From a virus: 64,000 nt of DNA. The number at the start of each line of letters is the position of its first letter. Position 1 is the stretch's first letter. This document shows, piece after piece, positions 39,745 through 48,779 of the stretch. Both the position numbers and the translations under genes were made by a program. A model generated the notes under the pieces. The model ran no database searches and had not been told where the DNA came from. It saw only the letters and a program-made list of their open reading frames with translations. The DNA is taken from positions 32,001 through 96,000 of the IMG/VR virus record IMGVR_UViG_3300045684_000009; one strand, given 5' to 3'.

Positions 39745-40723
39745 TCTCTATATTTATACGTTCTTCAATAATAGATTCATCTATCCTTGCTCTAATTTCA
39801 GCTTCAAGACCTTCATTATCTTTAATGAACTCTTTAACTTTGTTTGAGCCTTGACCTAACTTTGTACCATCATACGCGTACCAAGAACCTGATTTGTTGA
39901 TTATATCAAAATCAACAGCGTTGTCAACAACGTCTTGAAGTATATCAAACCCCACACCATTGTAATAATACAAAGTGAATCTTTTACCTCTATTTCCTGA
40001 TAGTTTGTCTTTGTTAACAGTTACGTTAACCTTCTGACCTATCACTTCTGTACCGTCTTTTGCGTTAGCCAAGCTAAGTCTTAACTTTTGTGCGGGATAA
40101 TATCCTACACCTTTACCGCCTGGTTCAACTATAGGTTCGAATGTGTTTCCAATATTATCATAGACCTTGTTGGTCATGAGTAACGCTGTATCAGTCTTAT
40201 ACACTCTACCTCTAAACTTCTTAAAGAACTTGTTAATGATTCTAGCATCTGTTCCCATCTTAGTTGACTGCATGTCATCTTGGAACTCGGCGGCAGAACC
40301 AATGGAAGTTAAACCATCATGTATAATGATATCACATATGTCACACATATCATATACTATATTAGCAGCTTCCTCTAAGTACTCAGGTTGTAATACGTGT
40401 ATTCTTTCACGTTCTATACCAAAGTAGTCGTATACCCACTTATATGAAGCCTCAGTCCACTCAAACTCACAGTCTAAGAAGCCAATATCTGCGTCTTTGT
40501 TATATCCTGCCATCTGCAAAGCTAAACTAGTTTTACCCGTAGAATATTTACCTGCATATGTTGTAATCTTTCCAATTCCTGGACCTCCACCAAGATATCT
40601 ATCGAATGAGGGGAATGGGTTGTCTAATCTCCTAACACTATCATTGAGTTTAGGCTTTTGTCCTTCGTACTTTTTATAAAGAGCGTCTAACGAACCTAAC
40701 GCTTTATCCATCTTTTTAGCCAT
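39686..40723 (-). CDS. recA: RecA/UvsX-like recombinase
   Basis: DRYLGGG, Walker A GKYSTGKT, FLDCE, EPGGKGVGYY and INKSGSWYAYDGTKLGQG (RecA C-terminus). Confidence 0.92.
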   Translation of the reverse strand: MAKKMDKALGSLDALYKKYEGQKPKLNDSVRRLDNPFPSFDRYLGGGPGIGKITTYAGKYSTGKTSLALQMAGYNKDADIGFLDCEFEWTEASYKWVYDYFGIERERIHVLQPEYLEEAANIVYDMCDICDIIIHDGLTSIGSAAEFQDDMQSTKMGTDARIINKFFKKFRGRVYKTDTALLMTNKVYDNIGNTFEPIVEPGGKGVGYYPAQKLRLSLANAKDGTEVIGQKVNVTVNKDKLSGNRGKRFTLYYYNGVGFDILQDVVDNAVDFDIINKSGSWYAYDGTKLGQGSNKVKEFIKDNEGLEAEIRARIDESIIEERINIENESEENLTIPELQDATSTD

Positions 40724-40724
40724 A

Positions 40725-41126
40725 TTATTTAGTTAATGAAATTCGTGAACTAATTGCATTTAATATCTGATTAACTGCATCTACCATTATCTTTACTTTG
40801 TAATACTTTCTACCTGCTTCTAACCAATCGTTTTCAGCTTCCGCACATTCAAGTCTAGCGGTATTAGATAACTCTTCACGAGCTATGTTCCTACCTGTTT
40901 TCTCTGATTTAGAACCTCGCAACCTTTCCTCTACTTCGGCAATACATCGTTTACGTCTGTAATCTGCTGCTTCATGTCCGTGTCTTATATCTGAATAAAA
41001 GTCTGACATCAAGAATAATTGATGACTTATATCTTCTCTCATTGATACTAGATCGTCAGGGTCATACGTTTCTTTTTTAGCATTGTATCTGTCTATTAAT
41101 TTTGAAATTGCTTCTACTGGATGCAT
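40725..41126 (-). CDS. Helical protein, possibly a UvsY-like recombination mediator
   Basis: All-helical 133-aa protein adjacent to recA. Function inferred from context only. Confidence 0.4.
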   Translation of the reverse strand: MHPVEAISKLIDRYNAKKETYDPDDLVSMREDISHQLFLMSDFYSDIRHGHEAADYRRKRCIAEVEERLRGSKSEKTGRNIAREELSNTARLECAEAENDWLEAGRKYYKVKIMVDAVNQILNAISSRISLTK

Positions 41127-41129
41127 TTG

Positions 41130-41426
41130 TTATGTTTTTTTAAGAGTCATGTAATTAGAAAAATAGTTTGGATTGTCAGCATATAAAACATCTAACGCCA
41201 TTTTAAGTTGTGCAAATTCATAAAATGCGAAGTTGATTTTTGTACCAAGTATATTCATAAACACGTCGTCATCATTTATCTCTATTTTTAGAAACTTAGA
41301 TTTAGGATTTAGATAACCACCTGCTTCATTAAATGTATATTTTGTGATATCATTTTTTAATTCTTTAGTGACAGTATAATCAATCTCATTGGTACACTTG
41401 TTCACTATAAATAGTTTATCTTTCAT
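41130..41426 (-). CDS. Hypothetical protein
   Basis: Likely start ATG 41426 (MKDKLF), coupled to the upstream ORF. Confidence 0.5.
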   Translation of the reverse strand: MKDKLFIVNKCTNEIDYTVTKELKNDITKYTFNEAGGYLNPKSKFLKIEINDDDVFMNILGTKINFAFYEFAQLKMALDVLYADNPNYFSNYMTLKKT

Positions 41427-41709
41427 AATTTTTATCTTTATAAACGTGATGTAAAAACTCACCTACTTGAATTACAGGTGTGTCGTTGATTTTCCAAATG
41501 CCATTTTGTACAACTAGATTGGTGAGAGATTTACATGGGAATGTGAATGAGTTCCCATCCACTTTAACATCACCTAATATTACAATTGAGTACATGTCAC
41601 CACCATAATAATAAGATAATATATCCCCATACTCATACCAATCTACATCTAAACGTATAACATCTGATTCTTTAGAGTTAAACAATTCTAAACACATTGA
41701 TTTAGCCAT
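41416..41709 (-). CDS. Hypothetical protein
   Basis: Packed co-oriented ORF. Confidence 0.5.
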   Translation of the reverse strand: MAKSMCLELFNSKESDVIRLDVDWYEYGDILSYYYGGDMYSIVILGDVKVDGNSFTFPCKSLTNLVVQNGIWKINDTPVIQVGEFLHHVYKDKNYER

Positions 41710-41713
41710 ATAT

Positions 41714-42382
41714 TTATTGTTTATTTAAATTATGTATTAAATTGACACTCTCAAGAACTTCCTTGCACAATTCGTTTGGTATCTTACTTCTATTGTAATT
41801 ACCTTTTAAACCTTGAGTTCCTGTCCTACTACCTCTAGGTGCGGGTTGGTGGTGGCAATTCTTATTACCATTAAAACACTCCTTTCTCGGTTTCCAACCA
41901 TCCACATTGAACATACTATATAGGTGGTTAGTCCATATATCAGTTGGTTTTGCTCTAAAATCACCATAAGTACAGTACCAAACTGTAGTTCTTTCTAAAT
42001 CAGCAACGACTGGTAACTTCCGCAATTTACCTCTAGGGTTTTCCATAAACCATTTTAAATTAGGGTTTAAATTCAAGAAGTGATTTATAATATTTAAAGT
42101 CGATTGTACGTACTCAACACCTTTTAAAGCGTTCTCACTTTTAGGAGTGTGGTCTTTATTCCAATGCTTTCCTATACTTGCAACACTGAAGTACGTGCAT
42201 GGTGGTGATGCCCATATAACATCAGGTATAAACGGCACTTTAGATACATCAAAAGAGTTAATATCTACAGAGTAGTCTATATCATCAAAGTCGTTAATAT
42301 CAGAAGAGAATACGTTGAAACCTTGTTTCTCAGCCTCTTTTCCAACACTTCTAGACCCTGCAAATAATTCTAATAAATTCAT
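41714..42382 (-). CDS. Short C5-cytosine DNA methyltransferase
   Basis: Motif I LELFAGS, motif IV WASPPC and motif VI ENP. Confidence 0.85.
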   Translation of the reverse strand: MNLLELFAGSRSVGKEAEKQGFNVFSSDINDFDDIDYSVDINSFDVSKVPFIPDVIWASPPCTYFSVASIGKHWNKDHTPKSENALKGVEYVQSTLNIINHFLNLNPNLKWFMENPRGKLRKLPVVADLERTTVWYCTYGDFRAKPTDIWTNHLYSMFNVDGWKPRKECFNGNKNCHHQPAPRGSRTGTQGLKGNYNRSKIPNELCKEVLESVNLIHNLNKQ

Positions 42383-42384
42383 AA

Positions 42385-42732
42385 TTATTGTTTTAATTGG
42401 TTAGCGTATTGTTCCATTATTTCTTCCAATGTTATGTAATCACCATCACCATACCAAAAAATAGGCTCTATTGGATTTACTCCTTTGCTCTTCAAAAATT
42501 CCTCTGCGCTCTTTGTCTCTTTAATATGGTGTACATTCCCGATAATATGACTCACCACTTCACTATCGGGCTGCTCTGATTCGATTAACTCAAGTAGTTT
42601 GATTGCTTCACACTTAGCACCTTGATAGTGATTATAAATAGGACGTCCTAGCAATGGGTTGTCTCTCACTTCTATCATTTTAGCTTTTAACTCTACAATC
42701 CTATCCTTTATCTGTTGTATTAAGTATTTCAT
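42385..42732 (-). CDS. Hypothetical protein with KSA..L...ME.YANQLK C-terminal module
   Basis: C-terminus is paralogous to that of 43155-43427. Confidence 0.55.
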   Translation of the reverse strand: MKYLIQQIKDRIVELKAKMIEVRDNPLLGRPIYNHYQGAKCEAIKLLELIESEQPDSEVVSHIIGNVHHIKETKSAEEFLKSKGVNPIEPIFWYGDGDYITLEEIMEQYANQLKQ

Positions 42733-42741
42733 ATTATTGTT

Positions 42742-42882
42742 TTAATTGGATACTGCGAAAAGAATAAGCATACACACAAAAGATACTACTATAATTATAC
42801 CTAAGAAGAAAAGTACATTCTGTAATGTGCTAGGTGATTCTTCTTCCATAATTTCCCAAAAATAATCATCTTCTATTTTCAT
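42742..42882 (-). CDS. Small membrane protein
   Basis: Likely start ATG 42882 (MKIEDD), with a C-terminal hydrophobic helix. Confidence 0.45.
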   Translation of the reverse strand: MKIEDDYFWEIMEEESPSTLQNVLFFLGIIIVVSFVCMLILFAVSN

Positions 42883-42898
42883 CTTACTTGTTTTAGTT

Positions 42899-43117
42899 TT
42901 AGTTATTTTTTTTAATTTTCTTAGATTTTTTATTAGGCTTGTATCGTTTTGTAGTGGTAACCTTCCATGTATCATTGCCTAAATTTTTCCAAATAGGATT
43001 TTCATAATGCTTCTCAAATACCGCGTACCATTTCACAACAAGTAATATCATAAGAAATATAGCTGCTATTACGCAAAAGAGTAATATTGATACTAATAAT
43101 GTGTCTAATGTTTCCAT
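42899..43117 (-). CDS. Small membrane protein
   Basis: N-terminal TM helix and a basic tail. Confidence 0.5.
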   Translation of the reverse strand: METLDTLLVSILLFCVIAAIFLMILLVVKWYAVFEKHYENPIWKNLGNDTWKVTTTKRYKPNKKSKKIKKNN

Positions 43118-43154
43118 ATTTTGTTTTTCAGTGATTCTTCTAATAAATCCATAA

Positions 43155-43427
43155 TTATAGTTTTAACTGGTTAGCGTATGCTTCCATCGCATCTAAAATA
43201 TGTAAAATCATTTCAGTTTGATTATCGTTATCGATTGCTATAAAAATATCATCTTCGTATAGTTTCAAAATTTGAGCTGCACTTTTCTCAGCGATAAATT
43301 TCACCTTCCAATATTCTTTATCATAGTATTCTAACACTATTGGACGTTCGTCACCTACTTTAAATTCAATAGATGGGTCGTCTTCGTGTGTATATGATTT
43401 AATACAAATACCTGTAACTGTTTTCAT
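43155..43427 (-). CDS. Hypothetical protein with KSA..L...MEAYANQLK C-terminal module
   Basis: C-terminus is paralogous to that of 42385-42732. Confidence 0.55.
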   Translation of the reverse strand: MKTVTGICIKSYTHEDDPSIEFKVGDERPIVLEYYDKEYWKVKFIAEKSAAQILKLYEDDIFIAIDNDNQTEMILHILDAMEAYANQLKL

Positions 43428-43891
43428 AATAATTCTTTAATTAACTCAATATAATCATTTCTAAATGTAATGTCAAGTGTTTTAGACCTATTTAACAAAT
43501 CATTAACAAGTTCTTCACCTAATACTTCTTCGAACTTTTGGTGGTGTAAAGACCTAAAACCTTCGACAGCCACCTGAGCATCCCAACAATTAGATTGTTC
43601 ACTACATATTAAACAATTATCGAAATCCCACCTCAATCCTAAATGTGCTCTATCGATATAATGACACACTTGTGCTTTGTTAAGTCTCCACCACTTGTTA
43701 GTTAAAGGACAATGGAACTTACCCCCTGAGAAGTCATCAGATGACATCTGAAGGAGTTTCTCTCTAAAGAGATAGTCTAAGACCTTTTTGATGTCAGAGT
43801 TGCTTAAAGGAGCTGTAGTAGCTTCTGTATCTATAACTAACTTGTCGTAATTATCGTTAGTCCATTTTTTGGGGTTGAAGTATTTAGTCAT
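43424..43891 (-). CDS. NinG/Rap-like recombination endonuclease
   Basis: LD.LF..., CHYIDR.HLGLRWD.DNC...SN pattern of the NinG family. Likely start ATG 43891. Confidence 0.7.
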   Translation of the reverse strand: MTKYFNPKKWTNDNYDKLVIDTEATTAPLSNSDIKKVLDYLFREKLLQMSSDDFSGGKFHCPLTNKWWRLNKAQVCHYIDRAHLGLRWDFDNCLICSEQSNCWDAQVAVEGFRSLHHQKFEEVLGEELVNDLLNRSKTLDITFRNDYIELIKELL

Positions 43892-44069
43892 CGTTAAACT
43901 TATAAGGTGAATAAAAATCACTATCAAGAGGTAAGACATTAATAGCCTCTCTTAATGCTTGAATAACCATCTCAGGTTTAACTGTTATAGCCCCGAGGGC
44001 TGGGGAGGGCGTGAATTGCACCTCCCCAAATGTTGTGTAAATTTTAATTGCTGACTTGTCTTTGTTCAT
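43884..44069 (-). CDS. Hypothetical protein
   Basis: 61-aa ORF filling the gap between the RNR and NinG-like genes. Confidence 0.45.
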   Translation of the reverse strand: MNKDKSAIKIYTTFGEVQFTPSPALGAITVKPEMVIQALREAINVLPLDSDFYSPYKFNDD

Positions 44070-44071
44070 AT

Positions 44072-45988
44072 CTAATATATTAGATCACATGAACCGCCTG
44101 CACAAGCCAACTCTCCTTTAAGATTTGTATTGTCATGCTTTTCTGTGATTTTGGTTAAATCAATAGGGTTATCTCTAATGTACTTCATACGTTTATTATA
44201 TTCGTACTCTGTACAGTTCTGAAAAGGAGCATCTTTATAAGTACCGCCATCATACGGTAATACAGATAACCCATTATAGTTATCTCTATGTTTCCATAAC
44301 CATTCTCCTACATCGTCCCAATCACCTTCTTTCACGCTACAAGTAGCTGATACGTTATTCGTATTTGGTCCTGATACATGGCCTTGATGTACCCATTCTA
44401 AATTGAATCTGTCAACTCTTTCTAAGAAACCTAACCAGTCCTCATTCTCTCTCAATGTAGCCGTTTTAGGTGCTTTTTGAGGGATACCGATTACGGCAGA
44501 ATTAGGTTGATAGTCCATCACTTTAATTAGTGAGGGATGATTCTTTACAAAATAATTATACAAATCATCTCCAACAGTACATTGCATGTTTCTAATGTAG
44601 AATTCAGAATGCCAAGCATGTATACCGCTAGAACTACCTACTACACAACTTGTTGTACCGCTAGGTTTGACTGTGGTGGTTCTAGCCGCAGGGTTAATAC
44701 CTATAAGATTAGCCACTCTTACATTCTCATCTTTGACTATTGCGGCGGCTTCTAACAAGTCCATATCGTATATATTGCCATTACATATACCCGTAAGACC
44801 TACACCAATTAACGCATCCTTTTCCGTATTATCCTGCCAGTCAGGACGAAGATAATGGAAATCTGTAAACCCTGCCTGTAACGTACCAAAGAATGCTGCG
44901 ACCCTAGACCTCTCATTGAAATCTTTTTGATCTCTTAATGTACCTGCATTTAGCTCTGTTAAGTTACAGAATGTACACCATCTTAATGATATTTCACAGC
45001 ATGGGTTAGTACCGTAATTGGGGTCGTTCGTGAAGTAAATACCAGGCTCTCCTGAACCTGAGTCTTTTACTATCTTCCAAAAGTCAATAAAGTCTTTCTT
45101 CTTAACTCTACCTCTCACAAACACTGCAGAATTATTGGCTCTACCTCTTTGTGGGTTATTCTCCCACCAATTCCCATGTTTACATGTAGCCATATCTTTC
45201 GAGTCCATAGAGAATAGAGAGATAAGAGCTGCGCGACGAATTCCACCAGCTAATACAGCATCAGCAATGTGACAACATATATCGTGACATTGAAGGTCAG
45301 TCAATTTATCTCCATTATCCATGCTATTAAGAATCGATTCTATATTTACTAATGCAATTCTTAAAGGGTCTGGTCCAGGAGCTTTACCTCCTGCGGTGAC
45401 TAAAGCCTCACCTTTTTCTCTAATGTCTGAGAAGTCATATCTAGGTTTATACTTACGTAACCCCATATAAGACTGTATAAGTACTTTAATAGCATCAGAC
45501 CATCCTTCTATAGAGTCTGATATAAGATACTTTCGCTCTTTCAGGGGTTTCTGTATCGATGGTAACTTTCTGATGTGGGAGAATTGAACAGAGTAACCTA
45601 CTCCCGTACCACCCAATAACAAGAACATGAGTTCACTAAAAGCATGCACATCATCTATAGGTAAATACCCGCAATTATATACTCTACTTTCGGTCTTTTC
45701 AATTGCTGGCCCTGCAAACTGTAATGCTCTCATACTAGGTAACAAGTCTCTATTGTATAAATACTTAGAGTTAGTTACAATTTCATCTGCTAATGATCCT
45801 TTCTCTGTTGTTAATACCTTAGTTTTGAATTGGGCATATACATCATCTCCACAATACTTCTTTAATAGCATTGCTATATATCTGTCAATAATCTCATCCC
45901 AATTCTCTCTTCTTTTTAAATCAGGTCTATATCTCGCATACTTGTTATAAACGACAATATCTGATAATAGTTGTTGTGATTCATTCAT
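44072..45988 (-). CDS. nrdJ: Class II (adenosylcobalamin-dependent) ribonucleotide reductase
   Basis: LPSMRAL, YNC, GGTGVGYS, GGIRRAALI, TNPCCEI, VKPSGT and a C-terminal ACAGGSC. No beta-subunit gene is adjacent. Confidence 0.9.
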   Translation of the reverse strand: MNESQQLLSDIVVYNKYARYRPDLKRRENWDEIIDRYIAMLLKKYCGDDVYAQFKTKVLTTEKGSLADEIVTNSKYLYNRDLLPSMRALQFAGPAIEKTESRVYNCGYLPIDDVHAFSELMFLLLGGTGVGYSVQFSHIRKLPSIQKPLKERKYLISDSIEGWSDAIKVLIQSYMGLRKYKPRYDFSDIREKGEALVTAGGKAPGPDPLRIALVNIESILNSMDNGDKLTDLQCHDICCHIADAVLAGGIRRAALISLFSMDSKDMATCKHGNWWENNPQRGRANNSAVFVRGRVKKKDFIDFWKIVKDSGSGEPGIYFTNDPNYGTNPCCEISLRWCTFCNLTELNAGTLRDQKDFNERSRVAAFFGTLQAGFTDFHYLRPDWQDNTEKDALIGVGLTGICNGNIYDMDLLEAAAIVKDENVRVANLIGINPAARTTTVKPSGTTSCVVGSSSGIHAWHSEFYIRNMQCTVGDDLYNYFVKNHPSLIKVMDYQPNSAVIGIPQKAPKTATLRENEDWLGFLERVDRFNLEWVHQGHVSGPNTNNVSATCSVKEGDWDDVGEWLWKHRDNYNGLSVLPYDGGTYKDAPFQNCTEYEYNKRMKYIRDNPIDLTKITEKHDNTNLKGELACAGGSCDLIY

Positions 45989-45991
45989 ATT

Positions 45992-46330
45992 TTAATTTAA
46001 TTTATCTAAAGCTTCTTCTAAACATTCATTCATACTTGCACCACCGTTGTAATATACAAGGTCAAAAGAATATACTCCTTCCCCTATTTCATTTGCCATT
46101 ATTACTTCATAGGGATCGTGTTGATCTAACTTTACGAACTCGTACAGCTTACCTGTACTTTTATGAAAGAAGTATTCTTCATACAGTTCGTCAGTTAATG
46201 CGTGAGTATTGGACTCGTGATAACTAGCTACATTTATTTTACGTTTTAAAATAATATCTCTACAATATTCTTCAATATCGTCTGTAATCACTTCTCGAAT
46301 AACTCCTTTGTAATACACTGTTTCGCTCAT
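45992..46330 (-). CDS. Hypothetical phage protein
   Basis: MSETVYYKG...YYNGG...E.LEEAL. Packed ORF. Confidence 0.6.
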   Translation of the reverse strand: MSETVYYKGVIREVITDDIEEYCRDIILKRKINVASYHESNTHALTDELYEEYFFHKSTGKLYEFVKLDQHDPYEVIMANEIGEGVYSFDLVYYNGGASMNECLEEALDKLN

Positions 46331-46332
46331 GT

Positions 46333-46512
46333 TTATTCTAATTTGTCATTTAAGAAATCTTCAAACTCTCGGTAATCAAACCTATAGTCCGAAATGTATT
46401 GTTGCAACATGTCGAGTAACATTTGTTCGATAAGGTTGTCAGGTATTAATACTAAAGCCTCTGATGGAACAGATTCTAAATCCGCTAAATCATGTATGTA
46501 TGGTATTTCCAT
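46333..46512 (-). CDS. Hypothetical 59-aa acidic protein (not in the ORF track)
   Basis: Manual translation MEIPYIHDLADLESVPSE...FEDFLNDKLE*. Fills the gap between its neighbours. Confidence 0.55.
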   Translation of the reverse strand: MEIPYIHDLADLESVPSEALVLIPDNLIEQMLLDMLQQYISDYRFDYREFEDFLNDKLE

Positions 46513-46516
46513 TTAC

Positions 46517-46858
46517 TTATGTTTTAGATTCTTCTCTATCGTCACCACTTCCGTGTAACGTGTTAGTCTCTCTTCTTTTTGTTAATTTATTAAAGTTAGC
46601 TTCTAATATTTCCTCTAAAGTTAATTGTAACTCATTTGCAATTGCGGTACAGTACCAAATAACATCTCCAATCTCTTTTTTTATCTGATCTCGATTCTCT
46701 TGTACTACGTGACCTCCTTGGTCTCTGTAAATCTTTTTAACTTTTTCAGCAACTTCACCTGCTTCACCTGTAAGTCCTAGAGCGCAATATGCTAGTCCTA
46801 TTTCTTTAGGATATATTGCAGTCATTCCTATTATTGTTTGATATTCAGCTAATGTCAT
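46517..46858 (-). CDS. mazG: MazG-like nucleotide pyrophosphohydrolase
   Basis: LGLTGEAGEVAEKVKK..RD, KEIGDVIWY and N..KL..R......GSGD.R motifs. Confidence 0.9.
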   Translation of the reverse strand: MTLAEYQTIIGMTAIYPKEIGLAYCALGLTGEAGEVAEKVKKIYRDQGGHVVQENRDQIKKEIGDVIWYCTAIANELQLTLEEILEANFNKLTKRRETNTLHGSGDDREESKT

Positions 46859-46868
46859 ATTATTTGTT

Positions 46869-47450
46869 TTAAAAAACGTAAGTTAATGCGAAGACTCCAC
46901 CTGCTCCTACAATAGTACCCATCAGAGGAGAACCCTCACGGTTTCCTATAAAGTAACCAACACCACCACCTAATACTGTGGCGAGTAGTCTAAGCTTCTT
47001 TATCTTTGAGTTTGTTACATTGGTGAAATAGTCTTCAATGTTTCCTAGACTCTGAGTAGTCTGATTAGTAAGCTTGAGAGTCTCAGTGTGTACCTCCCAA
47101 GCATCTTGAATGATTTTCTCATTATTCCTTACAAGTAGTTCATTTGATTTAGATACTTGAGCCATAGAACCTGATAACAAACCATTCTTCTTCATTATCA
47201 AATTGTTCTCAGTCAGAGATCTTTCTAATTCTGATATCTTTAGTTTATAATCAGAATTAACATCTAACAGATGGTCAAATACTTTCAGTTGCCAAGTGTT
47301 AATTACATGCAACGTGTCGTGACCTTTGTTGACCAATGTTATTGGAAAACGAGTATCACTTTTAACCTCAAATATGAACTTCTTAGAAGCTTGACCACTT
47401 AAAGTCAAAGCTAAGAATACCAAGAGTACTAAAGCTATTAGTTTCTTCAT
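46869..47450 (-). CDS. Exported coiled-coil protein with C-terminal glycine-zipper TM (spanin-like?)
   Basis: Signal peptide MKKLIALVLLVFLALTLSG followed by Q, then a coiled coil and LGGGVGYFIG...GTIVGAGGVF. Confidence 0.55.
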   Translation of the reverse strand: MKKLIALVLLVFLALTLSGQASKKFIFEVKSDTRFPITLVNKGHDTLHVINTWQLKVFDHLLDVNSDYKLKISELERSLTENNLIMKKNGLLSGSMAQVSKSNELLVRNNEKIIQDAWEVHTETLKLTNQTTQSLGNIEDYFTNVTNSKIKKLRLLATVLGGGVGYFIGNREGSPLMGTIVGAGGVFALTYVF

Positions 47451-47812
47451 TGTTCTTCTTTAAATTGTTCATCTAATTTATGTCTAATAATCACGTTAAG
47501 TCCATCTAACTGAGTGTCAGAATTAAACTTAGGAGATGCTCTTTGAGGTTTCCTCTTTAATAACGTAAGTTCGTCTGTTAAAGCTATTATTTCCTCCCTA
47601 TATATAGAGTCTTGTGCAGAGAACATTTCTATTTCTCTGATTACACCATTTAGTGAATCTATCTCGGTGCTCAACTTAACAACAGTTTGTTGTTCGATAA
47701 CTAGTTTGTTTTTAACGTTACCGTACTGTACAGTGTAGTAAGTTAGACTAGCGATTAACATTGCTATTAAAATTAAACCGATTTTATCCACTTCACTTAA
47801 GTTAATTTTCAT
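47447..47812 (-). CDS. Membrane-anchored coiled-coil protein (i-spanin-like?)
   Basis: N-terminal TM helix followed by a coiled coil. Overlaps the next gene by 4 nt. Confidence 0.5.
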   Translation of the reverse strand: MKINLSEVDKIGLILIAMLIASLTYYTVQYGNVKNKLVIEQQTVVKLSTEIDSLNGVIREIEMFSAQDSIYREEIIALTDELTLLKRKPQRASPKFNSDTQLDGLNVIIRHKLDEQFKEEQ

Positions 47813-48779
47813 ATGTTATGTTTTTTAATATGTGACAAATAGTATCTATATTCCACCCATTCCCTAACATCTTGTAACGTTGAGTGTTTGATACTGACTC
47901 TGTAAAATTATCAGGAACTGTTTGCAATCTTTCACACTCAAGGGGTGACAACCTTCTACAATATTCTTCAATGACACCATATGGAACTCCTTTAAACATG
48001 TTAGCAGTTAAACAAGCTGCTTTACCGTCTAAAGGGTTTCTATGGAATTCCCATCTAGGTTTACCGTTTCTAAGTCTATCCATATAACCGATAGCTTTAT
48101 CAGATAATATTAGATAATCTTTAGACACAGTTGTTATAGCGTTAGACTTCTGAGTACCGTTGACTTCTATACGTTGTTCAATAGTACCGTTGTCGGTGTA
48201 TCGACCTCTTTTGGCAGCACCCCAATAAACAGTTTTATCTTCAACTATGTCTTTCAATAAGATACCTTTGTCTTCAGGATTCCAATCTACACCTTTGATG
48301 TTGGTCCAATAAATCCTTGGTCTATTTTGTGCTGAAAACAACCTAGAGTTTAATAACTCACCCTCTACTCCAAACAAATCGTCTAGTACATTTTTATTAA
48401 CCTTAGACATTTTGACATTCTCAAATAAGAACTTAACGTTAGGGTTCTTAGATTGTACATGTTTAAAAATATCTCGAGTTACGTATGCAAGTTGACCTCG
48501 TTCGTCATCGAAACCTTTATTGAGTCCTGATAGTGAGAACGACTGACATGGGAATCCCCCGATTAATAAATCTATGGTGGACCAATCTAAATCCCAATCC
48601 TCCCACTTCGTCACATCTCCTAATCTGATAATGTCAGGGTAGTTAACCTCAGACACTAAGGTTGCAAATTTATCAACCTCACTTGCATAGTAATTGCCTA
48701 CTGAAATGTCAGACCTTTCAAGAGCTAACCTTCCACACGACATACCATCGAAGAGTGATAATACATTTAATTCACGCAT
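47802..48779 (-). CDS. C5-cytosine DNA methyltransferase (Dcm-like)
   Basis: LSLFDG, GGFPCQ, FENV, QNRPRIYW, RRLSPLECERLQ and YKMLGNGW motifs. Confidence 0.92.
   Translation of the reverse strand: MRELNVLSLFDGMSCGRLALERSDISVGNYYASEVDKFATLVSEVNYPDIIRLGDVTKWEDWDLDWSTIDLLIGGFPCQSFSLSGLNKGFDDERGQLAYVTRDIFKHVQSKNPNVKFLFENVKMSKVNKNVLDDLFGVEGELLNSRLFSAQNRPRIYWTNIKGVDWNPEDKGILLKDIVEDKTVYWGAAKRGRYTDNGTIEQRIEVNGTQKSNAITTVSKDYLILSDKAIGYMDRLRNGKPRWEFHRNPLDGKAACLTANMFKGVPYGVIEEYCRRLSPLECERLQTVPDNFTESVSNTQRYKMLGNGWNIDTICHILKNITYEN

Larger units (their letters stand above)
42368..43187. repeat. 50-bp imperfect direct repeat pair (42368-42417 and 43138-43187)
   Basis: 45/50 identity by manual alignment. 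Each copy spans a gene end, the stop codon and the next start codon. Confidence 0.8.

Noticed and set aside
44072-45988. Intein or intron in the ribonucleotide reductase
   Set aside because: The ORF is continuous and compact (638 aa), with no intein-like insertion or splice-junction motifs seen.
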